NCBI GenBank assembly: GCA_024641205.1
Contig: JAHEDM010000001.1
Coordinates: forward strand, 1-27,573
Reading direction: 5' to 3'
DNA from: Actinomycetes bacterium
GTDB taxonomy: Bacteria > Actinomycetota > Acidimicrobiia > Spongiisociales > UBA4744
Length of the DNA stretch: 27,573 nt
The notes below the pieces were generated by a model. The model saw only the letters and a list, made by a program, of their open reading frames with translations, ran no database searches and was not told the DNA's origin. Shown here piece after piece: positions 1 through 7,821 of the stretch (within the stretch, counting starts at the first letter, position 1; every line of letters begins with the position of its first letter). Both the position numbers and the translations under genes were made by a program.

Positions 1-1523
1 CGAGCGGCGGCCGTGCGCTGCACCTGACCGCCGGACAGGCGGACCCCGAGCGGACCGACCTTGGTGTCCAGGCCCTCAGACATCGCGGCCAGATCTGGTT
101 CCATCACCGCGGAGGCGATGGCAACCGCCAGATCATCGTCGCTTCGTTCCAGACCCATCAGGAGGTTGTCTCTCAGTGACATGGAGAACAAGCGGGGTAT
201 CTGCGGTGTGTAGGCCGTCCGGGGGGGAACAAAGAAGGAAGCGGCGTCTGTGACGATCCGACCGTTCCAGTGCACCTCTCCTTCGTTGGGGTCGAGGAGC
301 CCGAGCAAAGCTCGCAGCAGGGTTGTCTTCCCGGATCCGATCCGGCCGGTCACGACGGTGAAGCTTCCCCGGGGCACGCGCAGGTGCACATTCTCGATCC
401 CCGCTTCCGAGCCCGGGTATTGATAGGAAAGACCCTTGATTTCGAGTGATTCGAGAGCTTCGCGCTCAGGTGGCGGCGCGACCGCCGACAATGCACCGCG
501 CAGTTCGAGGTCACGGGGCACGACCAGAGTCTCAGGCGGGGCGCCCTGCAGCAATTCGGCCATCCGCTCGAAGGCAACCCCCGCCTGCCGGAAACGAGCA
601 ATGAAGACGCCGACAAAATGGACGGCGTCGGTGGCGAACGTTAGGAAGTAGACAAAGAGGGCGAAATCGCCAACCGTGAACTCGGCGCCCGAACCTGTCG
701 ATCGCATGGCACCGGCAGCCAGCACCAGGATGATGGCCGTCCCGATGTTCACGGTGTTCCAGAACACTGATTCGAGAATCGAGTTGAGCACCCGGTCGCG
801 CACCATCACCTTGCGGCGAGCTTCGTTCAAAACCCGGAAGTTGCCGATCATGTGATGTTCGGCTCCGGCCACCTTGATTGACTGCACAGATCCGAACATC
901 TCGCCGATCGCACCCGTCACCACTCCGGTTGCCTCCCGGGCCGCCTGGCGGTAGAGGCGGACCCGGGTGCCGGCGCGCTCGGCAACGAGAATGACCAGGA
1001 CCAGAGGGGCGAACACGAACAAGGTGATCTGGGCGTTGATCGAGGCAAGCACGATCACGGCCACCGTGGAGAACGCCACCGTCCCCATCATGTCGACGGT
1101 GAGGTCGATCGCCTCTTCAACGTGTTCGACATCATCACGGAACCGGCTGATAGCCTCCCCGGGCGAGTGAGGCACGGCGCGGGCGCCGGGAAGGGAGAGA
1201 ATCCGCCCGATCATATTGCGCCGGAGCAAGGAACCGATGCGGAATCGGAAGTTCACATCGCTCAGCATCGCCACGGCCACCAGGGCTACCCGGGCCAGTC
1301 CGTAGGCGCCCATGAAGGCAATCAGCGTATTGACATCGAACGAGACAGAAGCCTCTCCGGTCAAGCCGTCGAAGAACTCCTTGCTGATCAGCCCGGGGAT
1401 GACCGGCATCACCCAGACAAGAGTCCACAGAATCGCATTGCCTGCATATCGCCAAGGAGCAAAGCGCAGCATTCCCAGCATTAGCTTGAAGGTCGGTACT
1501 GAGGCGCGCGTTGAGGATGTCAT
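1..1523 (-). CDS. ABC exporter subunit (TMD+NBD fusion), 3' end runs off the window
   Basis: Not in the ORF track because the stop lies outside the window. Hand translation from ATG 1523 gives MTSSTRASVPTFKLMLGMLRFAPWRYAGNAILWTLVW..., with hydrophobic helices, Walker A GRIGSGKT (~320-345) and signature LSGGQ (~25-40). The start overlaps the upstream stop as ATGA (1520-1523). Confidence 0.92.
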   Translation of the reverse strand, partial: MTSSTRASVPTFKLMLGMLRFAPWRYAGNAILWTLVWVMPVIPGLISKEFFDGLTGEASVSFDVNTLIAFMGAYGLARVALVAVAMLSDVNFRFRIGSLLRRNMIGRILSLPGARAVPHSPGEAISRFRDDVEHVEEAIDLTVDMMGTVAFSTVAVIVLASINAQITLFVFAPLVLVILVAERAGTRVRLYRQAAREATGVVTGAIGEMFGSVQSIKVAGAEHHMIGNFRVLNEARRKVMVRDRVLNSILESVFWNTVNIGTAIILVLAAGAMRSTGSGAEFTVGDFALFVYFLTFATDAVHFVGVFIARFRQAGVAFERMAELLQGAPPETLVVPRDLELRGALSAVAPPPEREALESLEIKGLSYQYPGSEAGIENVHLRVPRGSFTVVTGRIGSGKTTLLRALLGLLDPNEGEVHWNGRIVTDAASFFVPPRTAYTPQIPRLFSMSLRDNLLMGLERSDDDLAVAIASAVMEPDLAAMSEGLDTKVGPLGVRLSGGQVQRTAAA

Positions 1524-3277
1524 GCCAGAACCTCCTCGAGCCCCACCCGCAGGAACCTCGCGAAACGAGACTCGGGATCCGCAGCCAGAGCCAGCCGTTC
1601 GCCGAACTCGACCACCCGGCCCTCGTCCATGATCAGAACATCGTCTGCCCGGGTCACGGTCGCCAGACGATGAGCAATGATGATGCCCGTCCGATTGGCA
1701 AGCAACTTGTCAACCGCCCGCTCGATCAGCTGTTCCGTGGCCGGATCCAGGCGCGACGATGCTTCATCGAGGATCACCAGGCCGGGGTCCTTGAGGAAAA
1801 TCCGGGTAAATGCCAGCAGCTGAGCTTCGCCTGCTGAAAGGCCGCCACTGCCGGATTCCAGGAGGGTGTCAAGACCTTCGGGTAGCGAGCGCACCCAATC
1901 GGTCAAACCGAGATCGAGGAGAACCTCCATGATCGCTTCATCGGAGGCATCGGAATCGAAGAAGGTCAGGTTGTCGCGGACGCTGGCCCGAAACAGTTGG
2001 ACGTCCTGGGTGACCATCCCCACTCGCCTCCGCAGCTCATCTGGCTTGGTTTCCCGGGCAGCGACACCGCCAAGCAGAACCCGGCCCTCGATGGGGTCGT
2101 AGAGCCGGGTCAGCAGACGAGCAAGCGTCGTTTTGCCGCTCCCGGTCCGGCCCAGGACACCGACCACCCGGCCCGAGGCGACCCGGAACGAAACACCGTC
2201 GAGCACAACGTCGCCCATCTCCTCGTCCCCGTCCTGATAGGCGAAGGTCACTGCATCGAACTCAACCGAGAACGGACCAGGTTGCAGTTGGGCAGCGCCA
2301 ACCGACTCGATTCGCGAAGTAAGAGCGAGCAGGTCCTCGACTCTTGACATGCCGGCTCCTGCCTTTTGAAGATCCTCCATTTGGTGCCGGATCCGATCGA
2401 GTGGCTGCCGCAGGAGCTCGGTATAGGTGAAGACGAGATAGACCGATCCGATCGTCAACGACCCGTCACCAAACAATCGAGAGCCAAGCCAGAACACCAG
2501 TGCCGTCCCGACCGCGAAAACGACGATGTTGGTCGACCACAACACCGCCCAGCCCATGAAGCCGCGCACAGCATCGGGCAACCAGGCCCGCAAGTGCTCG
2601 GTGAACCGGCGCAGGAAGAAATCGGTGGCACCGTTTGATCGAATGTCCTCGGTCCCTCCCAACTGCTCGCCCAGGAAGCCGTAGAACTCGGCGCTCCGCT
2701 GCCGCACCCGCTTCCACCATGGCAACGCCACGTTCTGAATGCCAACCATCCCCAACAAGGCGACTCCGGCGAAGACACTGATGCCCAACCCGACCAGCAG
2801 GTTCTCGCGGAAGAGCAGCACGAGGATCCCGACCAGCAGCACCAGATTGCCAACCACGTGGATGACGAATTGCCCAAAGAAGTTCGACAAGGAAGTCACG
2901 TCGCCGTCGATGCGCTCGATCATTTCACCCGGCGTGCGGGTCTTGTGAAAGCCCATATCGAGTCGCAGGCAGTGCTCGGCAAGGTCGCCGCGCAACTCGT
3001 TTGTGGCAGCCCATCCGATGTTCTCGGCCAAGTAGGTGGCGAGCACGGACAACGCCTGATGGGCTACTGCCAATGCTGCAAAGGTGAGCGCCAGTCGGAC
3101 CAGAGCCGTCTGGTCGGCCCCGGCGATCGCTTTGTCGATGAAGCTCCTGACGATCTGGGGGTTGATCAACTGGAAGGCGATGCCCGTGAAGAGGAGCACG
3201 GCCAGCAAGACCACCCGCAGCTTATGAGGCCGCAGGTAGTCCACCAGGAGATTCCAGTACTGTCGAACAGGGATCAT
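1520..3277 (-). CDS. ABC exporter subunit (TMD+NBD fusion), 585 aa
   Basis: N-terminal multi-TM domain; Walker A GRTGSGKT, Q-loop VTQD, signature LSAGEAQ, Walker B ILDEAS, H-loop IIAHR. Start set at ATG 3277 (MIPVRQYW) behind SD GAAGGA rather than the track's 3328. Confidence 0.93.
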   Translation of the reverse strand: MIPVRQYWNLLVDYLRPHKLRVVLLAVLLFTGIAFQLINPQIVRSFIDKAIAGADQTALVRLALTFAALAVAHQALSVLATYLAENIGWAATNELRGDLAEHCLRLDMGFHKTRTPGEMIERIDGDVTSLSNFFGQFVIHVVGNLVLLVGILVLLFRENLLVGLGISVFAGVALLGMVGIQNVALPWWKRVRQRSAEFYGFLGEQLGGTEDIRSNGATDFFLRRFTEHLRAWLPDAVRGFMGWAVLWSTNIVVFAVGTALVFWLGSRLFGDGSLTIGSVYLVFTYTELLRQPLDRIRHQMEDLQKAGAGMSRVEDLLALTSRIESVGAAQLQPGPFSVEFDAVTFAYQDGDEEMGDVVLDGVSFRVASGRVVGVLGRTGSGKTTLARLLTRLYDPIEGRVLLGGVAARETKPDELRRRVGMVTQDVQLFRASVRDNLTFFDSDASDEAIMEVLLDLGLTDWVRSLPEGLDTLLESGSGGLSAGEAQLLAFTRIFLKDPGLVILDEASSRLDPATEQLIERAVDKLLANRTGIIIAHRLATVTRADDVLIMDEGRVVEFGERLALAADPESRFARFLRVGLEEVLA

Positions 3278-3287
3278 CGGTCGTCCT

Positions 3288-3356
3288 TCAGAACAAAGCT
3301 TCGGAGGCCATTGACCACGCCCCATCACGGGCGTCGACGCCCCGGGTAATGCTCAA
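3288..3356 (-). CDS. Candidate 22-aa leader peptide (uORF) upstream of the ABC pair
   Basis: GGAGGAG (3361-3367) lies 4 nt before TTG 3356. It encodes MSITRGVDARDGAWSMASEALF, and its TGA (3288-3290) overlaps the SD of the ABC gene. Confidence 0.3.
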   Translation of the reverse strand: MSITRGVDARDGAWSMASEALF

Positions 3357-3449
3357 CAGGCTCCTCCGGGAAGCTAGCGCCAGACGGCGCACGACAAAGA
3401 CGAATTAGCCGAGATCGGCTTCCGGGGAAGATCTAACTCAACTGGGGGT

Positions 3450-3461
3450 TTGCAATTGCAA
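3450..3461. promoter_or_regulatory. Perfect 12-bp palindrome TTGCAATTGCAA, putative operator in a divergent intergenic region
   Basis: AT-rich perfect palindrome between the divergent ABC pair and the acyl-CoA dehydrogenase gene. Confidence 0.4.
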
Positions 3462-3632
3462 GCAAAATGACGGAAAATGCAAACTGTGGCAAGCTACACA
3501 CACCGGTTCGCTGCCGTCGACGAGTCGTGCGGGGCGCTCCCGCAGCCGCATCCTCCGCCGGACCGGGAGGTTCTCGAGGACCAAGTGGATCCACCCCGAA
3601 AACATTGACAACGTGAGCAAAGGAAGAGACCA

Positions 3633-5435
3633 ATGACTGTCTACGCCCCCCCGCTCAAAGATCTGCGCTTCGTGCTGCAGCACATGATCGGACTCGACGG
3701 CCTGGCCGCTCTATCCGGCTACGAGCATGTTGAAGCAGACTTCGTCGACGCCATTCTCGATGAGGCAGGCAAGTTCCTGACCGACGTGTGGTTCCCGCTC
3801 AACCGGAGCGGTGATATAGAAGGATCCCATCTTCGCGATGGAGTGGTGGTGACGCCGGAGGGATTCAAGGACGCGTACCATCGCATGGTTCAGGGAGGCT
3901 GGCTGGGGATACCTTTCCCGGAGCAATACGGCGGCGGAAACATGCCCGCCACAATCGTGACTGCGATCGGCGAGATGATCAACGCCACCAACACCAGTTT
4001 GGCCATGGCGCCCGGCCTCACCCAGGGAGCCGTCGACGCGCTGTTGGAGCACGGGTCCGAGGAGATGAAAGAGACCTACGTCCGACGGCTGATCGCCGGT
4101 GAGTGGACGGGCACGATGTGCCTGACGGAACCACAGGCCGGTTCAGACGTCGGCGCCCTCACCACCAAGGCAACCCCGGCCGATGACGGCACCTGGAGAG
4201 TCAAGGGAACCAAGATCTTCATCAGCTGGGGAGACCACGACCTCACCGATAACATCATCCACCTGGTCCTGGCCCGCACGCCCGACTCCCCGCCGGGCAC
4301 CAAAGGCATCAGCATGTTCGTTGTCCCCAAGTACCTGGTCAACGAGGATGGTTCGCTCGGCGCACTCAATGACATCCAGACCGTCTCCCTCGAGCACAAG
4401 ATGGGTATCAAAGCCAGCCCAACTGCGGTTCTGTCCTTCGGCGATCAGGGAGACGGTTCGATTGGCTACCTGATCGGCGAGGAACGCCAAGGCATGCGGT
4501 ACATGTTCACGATGATGAACAATGCCCGGGTGGCGGTGGGGCTCGCAGGTGTTTCCATTGGAGAGATGGCATACCAGAACGCTCTTGCCTACGCACAGGA
4601 GAGGATCCAGGGCCGTCCGATCGGTGCTTCGCCCGATGAGGTCACTCCGATCATCGGCCACGCCAACGTCCGCCGGATGTTGATGACGATGAGAGCGCAG
4701 GTGGAGGCCATGCGGGCTCTCCTGCTCGAAAACGCCTACGCGATGGACATGGCGAGATCGCACCCCGACGAGGAAACCCGCAGGCAATACAGCCTCTATG
4801 CGGACTTGCTTACGCCTGTTTCGAAGGCATGGGCAACCGATCTGGGGAGCGAGGTCGCCTCGATGGCTATCCAGGTCTACGGTGGGATGGGGTACATCGA
4901 AGAGAGCGGCATGCCTCAGTTCTACCGCGACTCTCGCATCCTTTCGATTTACGAGGGCACGAACGGGATCCAGGCGCTTGACCTGATTGGTCGTAAACTG
5001 CCCGCAGGCGGGGGCGCCGCCATCATGGGCTTCATCGCCAATATGAAAGCCATCGACGCCGATCTGGCCAAGGCAGGCGAGCGCTTCAGCTCGATGCGGA
5101 CGCTGCTCGCCGACGGGGTCACCGCCCTCGAACAGGCGACCGGCTGGTTGGCTATGAACGGCATGCAGGATCCGAACCAGGCGGCGGCAGGCGCCACACC
5201 GTACCTGAACATGCTCGGCACCGTGGCAGGTGGCTACTTCCTCGCCAAGTCGGCTCTGACAGCATCCCGCCTCCTTGAAGAAGGCAACGCCGACAAGGAG
5301 TTCCTGGAGGCCAAGATCGCTACCGCCCGGTTCTATGCCGAGCAGCTGCTGCCGCTGGGCACGGCCCTGCTGGGACCCATCACCGCAGGCAAAGACAACC
5401 TTTTCGCCATCGACCCGGACCAGATGAGGCACTGA
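3633..5435 (+). CDS. Acyl-CoA dehydrogenase, 600 aa (long DmdC-like family)
   Basis: N-terminal YAPPLKDLRFVL, TMCLTEPQAGSDVG, GTKIFISWGDHD, EHKMGIKASPT, QVYGGMGY, catalytic IYEGTNGIQA, and a C-terminal ATPYL domain. Purine-rich SD AAGGAAGAG. Confidence 0.95.
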   Translation: MTVYAPPLKDLRFVLQHMIGLDGLAALSGYEHVEADFVDAILDEAGKFLTDVWFPLNRSGDIEGSHLRDGVVVTPEGFKDAYHRMVQGGWLGIPFPEQYGGGNMPATIVTAIGEMINATNTSLAMAPGLTQGAVDALLEHGSEEMKETYVRRLIAGEWTGTMCLTEPQAGSDVGALTTKATPADDGTWRVKGTKIFISWGDHDLTDNIIHLVLARTPDSPPGTKGISMFVVPKYLVNEDGSLGALNDIQTVSLEHKMGIKASPTAVLSFGDQGDGSIGYLIGEERQGMRYMFTMMNNARVAVGLAGVSIGEMAYQNALAYAQERIQGRPIGASPDEVTPIIGHANVRRMLMTMRAQVEAMRALLLENAYAMDMARSHPDEETRRQYSLYADLLTPVSKAWATDLGSEVASMAIQVYGGMGYIEESGMPQFYRDSRILSIYEGTNGIQALDLIGRKLPAGGGAAIMGFIANMKAIDADLAKAGERFSSMRTLLADGVTALEQATGWLAMNGMQDPNQAAAGATPYLNMLGTVAGGYFLAKSALTASRLLEEGNADKEFLEAKIATARFYAEQLLPLGTALLGPITAGKDNLFAIDPDQMRH

Positions 5436-5443
5436 GCCAGCCT

Positions 5444-5512
5444 CCTCCCCCCTAAGGCGCAGGCGCGGCCGGAGCCGAGCTGGGGGGAGGTCCGCCGAAG
5501 GCGGGGAGGGGG
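5444..5512. repeat. REP-like palindromic element / probable bidirectional terminator between convergent genes
   Basis: CCTCCCCCC (5444-5452) pairs with GGGGGGAGG (5482-5490), followed by a CCGCC-GAA-GGCGG hairpin (5492-5504) and a GGAGGGGG tail. Confidence 0.55.
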
Positions 5513-5558
5513 TCCGGTTCCACCAAGGCAGCCGTTCGTAGGTGTCGGCTCTGGTACT

Positions 5559-7118
5559 TCACTTCTCTGTGCTGAGGGGCATGCCGGCCAGCGTTGCCAC
5601 CGGGAAAAGCTCCGGCTCCGGAGTCTCCGGAAAGAACTTCGACCAGGCGGCCACTTCGACGTTGACGGTTTCTGGCATTCCGGTGGCGATGAGACGCCTG
5701 GCAATACGGATGAACTCATCGTGCACCATCCGCGCGTACGCATCCGTGGTGCGCAGGTCATCAGGCGTTTCCTTGAAGTCCCAATACTCGCGCATGTTCT
5801 GCGGAGCCTTGAGAATCAGGCTCAGATTGCGATCTTCGTTCTCCTCGAGCCGGCCCCGGATGGTTGCCTCGAAGAACATGGGAGAAAGGTCCTCATGCCC
5901 CATGTTCCACAATCGCTCATAGGGTTTGTGGGTGAACATCTCGAGTCTGTCGTCCTCGGCGACGGCGATGGCAAAGAGGCAACCCGGGAACTCGGACTGT
6001 GATTGCCTGTAGTCCGAATAGATGACCTGACCGCAGCTTGCACCGTTCTCACTGCTCACCGGACCCGGTCGAATCGCTTCGGCGGTCTGGCTATCGATCG
6101 TGTCTTCCGGCCTCGGCAGGTTGTAGTCCTCGCAAAGCGAGCGCCTGCGCGGCGGCGGTTTGATGCCAACCAGGACCGGAACTCGCACGGTGGTGGTGGT
6201 CCCTACCCCCAATTGGCTGTCGATCGTAAGGGAACCTTTGAATTCATCGACCGTCTGACGTACGAAGACAAATCCGAGCGAGTGAAGCTCCCCGTCAAGG
6301 GTCGGTCTAACGGTCAGGAGTTGCTGTACTCGCTCGGGGGACATGCCGGAGCCTTCGTCGCGAACGGACAGGCTGACGTGACCGTCATCGAGTACGTCCT
6401 CGATGTGCAGTACGCCCACCTTCTTGCCACCCATCGCGTCGACTGCGTTCATGATCAGGTTGAAATACATACGACGGAATCGATGCCGGTTTCCACCCAG
6501 CACGGCTGGATCAAGCCTCCCGAGTTGGAGCTCAACCCGAGCAGAGCTCTGTTCGGTCACCCATCCGTGCACGACGTTGCGGACGTAGTCTTCGAGGTCG
6601 GCGCCAAGGTCAAACACCTCATAGATCTCTTCGTTTCGCTGTTCAGCCCAGAAATGTTCGATGCGGTAGTAGACGCCGCAGAGCCACCGAACCACGTTGC
6701 GGTAATGCGATCGGGATCGCACGGAACGGCTCCCATCGGGCAGCAGCGCCAGCGCTGAATCAATATGACTCCACATGGGGTGCAGGATCAACTCGCACAG
6801 GTCGTGGATCGATCGGACGTATTCATTTGCTTTGGCCAATACCGTCTCGGGCGGAGCGAAACTCTGCACGGCCGCGCTGTAGCTCTCGAATGCCAGCCGC
6901 AGACTGACCGCTCGCGTGCGGAGCTTGCGGAGGTCATCTCCTGTGATGAGCAGCGGATCTACGATCCCGTGGAGCTGAAGATCCGTGTCGAGCGCAACAT
7001 GGAAATGGATGACCTCATCGATGAAGCGTTCAACGCGAAGATCGTGGATCAGGAATTTGATCTCCGAAACGTCTTTCTTGATACCTTGTTTGTAGTCAGG
7101 CATAGGCGCTTTCGACAT
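5559..7118 (-). CDS. Atypical soluble histidine-kinase-like protein (HATPase_c) with an unknown C-terminal domain, 519 aa
   Basis: N-box FNLIMNAVDAM, G1 VRDEGSGM, degenerate G2 ELHSLGFVFVRQTV, G3 SQLGVGTT; H-box-like IHDL at H25 and H105; no TM helix. A TATCAT -10-like hexamer lies 8 nt before ATG 7118 (alternative start 7103). Confidence 0.82.
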   Translation of the reverse strand: MSKAPMPDYKQGIKKDVSEIKFLIHDLRVERFIDEVIHFHVALDTDLQLHGIVDPLLITGDDLRKLRTRAVSLRLAFESYSAAVQSFAPPETVLAKANEYVRSIHDLCELILHPMWSHIDSALALLPDGSRSVRSRSHYRNVVRWLCGVYYRIEHFWAEQRNEEIYEVFDLGADLEDYVRNVVHGWVTEQSSARVELQLGRLDPAVLGGNRHRFRRMYFNLIMNAVDAMGGKKVGVLHIEDVLDDGHVSLSVRDEGSGMSPERVQQLLTVRPTLDGELHSLGFVFVRQTVDEFKGSLTIDSQLGVGTTTTVRVPVLVGIKPPPRRRSLCEDYNLPRPEDTIDSQTAEAIRPGPVSSENGASCGQVIYSDYRQSQSEFPGCLFAIAVAEDDRLEMFTHKPYERLWNMGHEDLSPMFFEATIRGRLEENEDRNLSLILKAPQNMREYWDFKETPDDLRTTDAYARMVHDEFIRIARRLIATGMPETVNVEVAAWSKFFPETPEPELFPVATLAGMPLSTEK

Positions 7119-7190
7119 CGGGGCGGATGATAGGCCGGTGGACCAATTGGTTGATTCGATCGGCAGAGGAAGGCGGAAGCCCGCAAGACC

Positions 7191-7685
7191 TCAGAGCGCC
7201 TCAAAGCTGGCCGCAAAGAACTTGACCGGCTCGATCCGGGCGTACACGGCAGGTGCTCCCCACTGGTCCCAATCCTTGCCGTACGTTTCGATACAGAAAG
7301 ACCGAAACCCGGCGTGAACCGGATCTTCCAGATCCAGAATCGAGGCTCGACCGTGGACGGTGATTGCCAGGCTCTCGCCCCGGGTGTGCGTAGCGCTCAC
7401 GAAGGGACGGACCTTCAGATGATGCATCCGGACGGAATCGGGTGAAGAGCCAAACCAGAATCGGGCCCGATAGAACAAGCCGTCGACCGCCCCGGTCAGT
7501 GGACGCCCGTCGGCCGTTACGGTTGCCAGTGTCAGCACTTGTACGCCGGCCATGAGATCAATCAGCCGGGAGGCACTCACCCGCCGATCGGAAGTCACCA
7601 CCTCGCGGAGGTGCGGGCCCGCCTGTTCGTAGGAGCGGTTGAGCAAGAGCTGCAGGTTCTTGAGATCCTCGGCGGTTTCGTGCAT
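7191..7685 (-). CDS. Pyridoxamine 5'-phosphate oxidase family (flavin/F420-binding split barrel) protein
   Basis: LATVTADGRPLTGAVDG, FWFGSSPDSVRMHHL, and P-x-VSAT motifs typical of actinobacterial PNPOx-like proteins. Confidence 0.85.
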   Translation of the reverse strand: MHETAEDLKNLQLLLNRSYEQAGPHLREVVTSDRRVSASRLIDLMAGVQVLTLATVTADGRPLTGAVDGLFYRARFWFGSSPDSVRMHHLKVRPFVSATHTRGESLAITVHGRASILDLEDPVHAGFRSFCIETYGKDWDQWGAPAVYARIEPVKFFAASFEAL

Positions 7686-7740
7686 AGCCAGAAGTCTGGC
7701 ACGTCAGGTCGTCAATCCTCTCGCCCGTCTCCTCATAGGT

Positions 7741-7790
7741 GCTCCCCAAGCGGAGACAGGGGGCTGTCCGAGCAAAGGGAGGACTGAGGG
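7741..7790. repeat. Degenerate REP-like palindromic element between co-oriented genes
   Basis: GCTCCCC...GGGGGC stem, GTCC/GGAC hairpin, then TGAGGG. Same layout as the 5444-5512 element but imperfect. Confidence 0.3.
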
Positions 7791-7803
7791 TTTTCGGAAA
7801 ACA

Positions 7804-7821
7804 AGAAACAGAAACAGAAAC
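7804..7821. repeat. Short tandem repeat (AGAAAC)x3 abutting a stop codon
   Basis: Three exact hexamer copies at 7804, 7810 and 7816, next to the palindrome GTTTTC-G-GAAAAC (7790-7802). Confidence 0.8.

Noticed and set aside
3377-3402. Resemblance to a guanidine-III riboswitch (GACGGCGC, ACGACAAAGACG)
   Set aside because: The segments are in the wrong order, the 5' CCGGACGAGG is absent, and no downstream SMR/Gdx gene is present.
3365-3430. Apparent direct repeat TCCGGG(G)AAG at 3365 and 3421
   Set aside because: The copies differ in G-run length and are short and GC-rich; likely chance.
4143-5432. 429-aa minus-strand ORF
   Set aside because: Antisense shadow of the acyl-CoA dehydrogenase; no motifs. 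Long shadow ORFs are expected at high GC3.
7741-7790. Possible Moco riboswitch near the molybdoenzyme gene
   Set aside because: Lies downstream of that gene and lacks the multi-stem Moco consensus.
7790-7821. GTTT...AAAC words suggestive of a CRISPR repeat
   Set aside because: No spacers, no 25-40 nt repeats and no cas genes.
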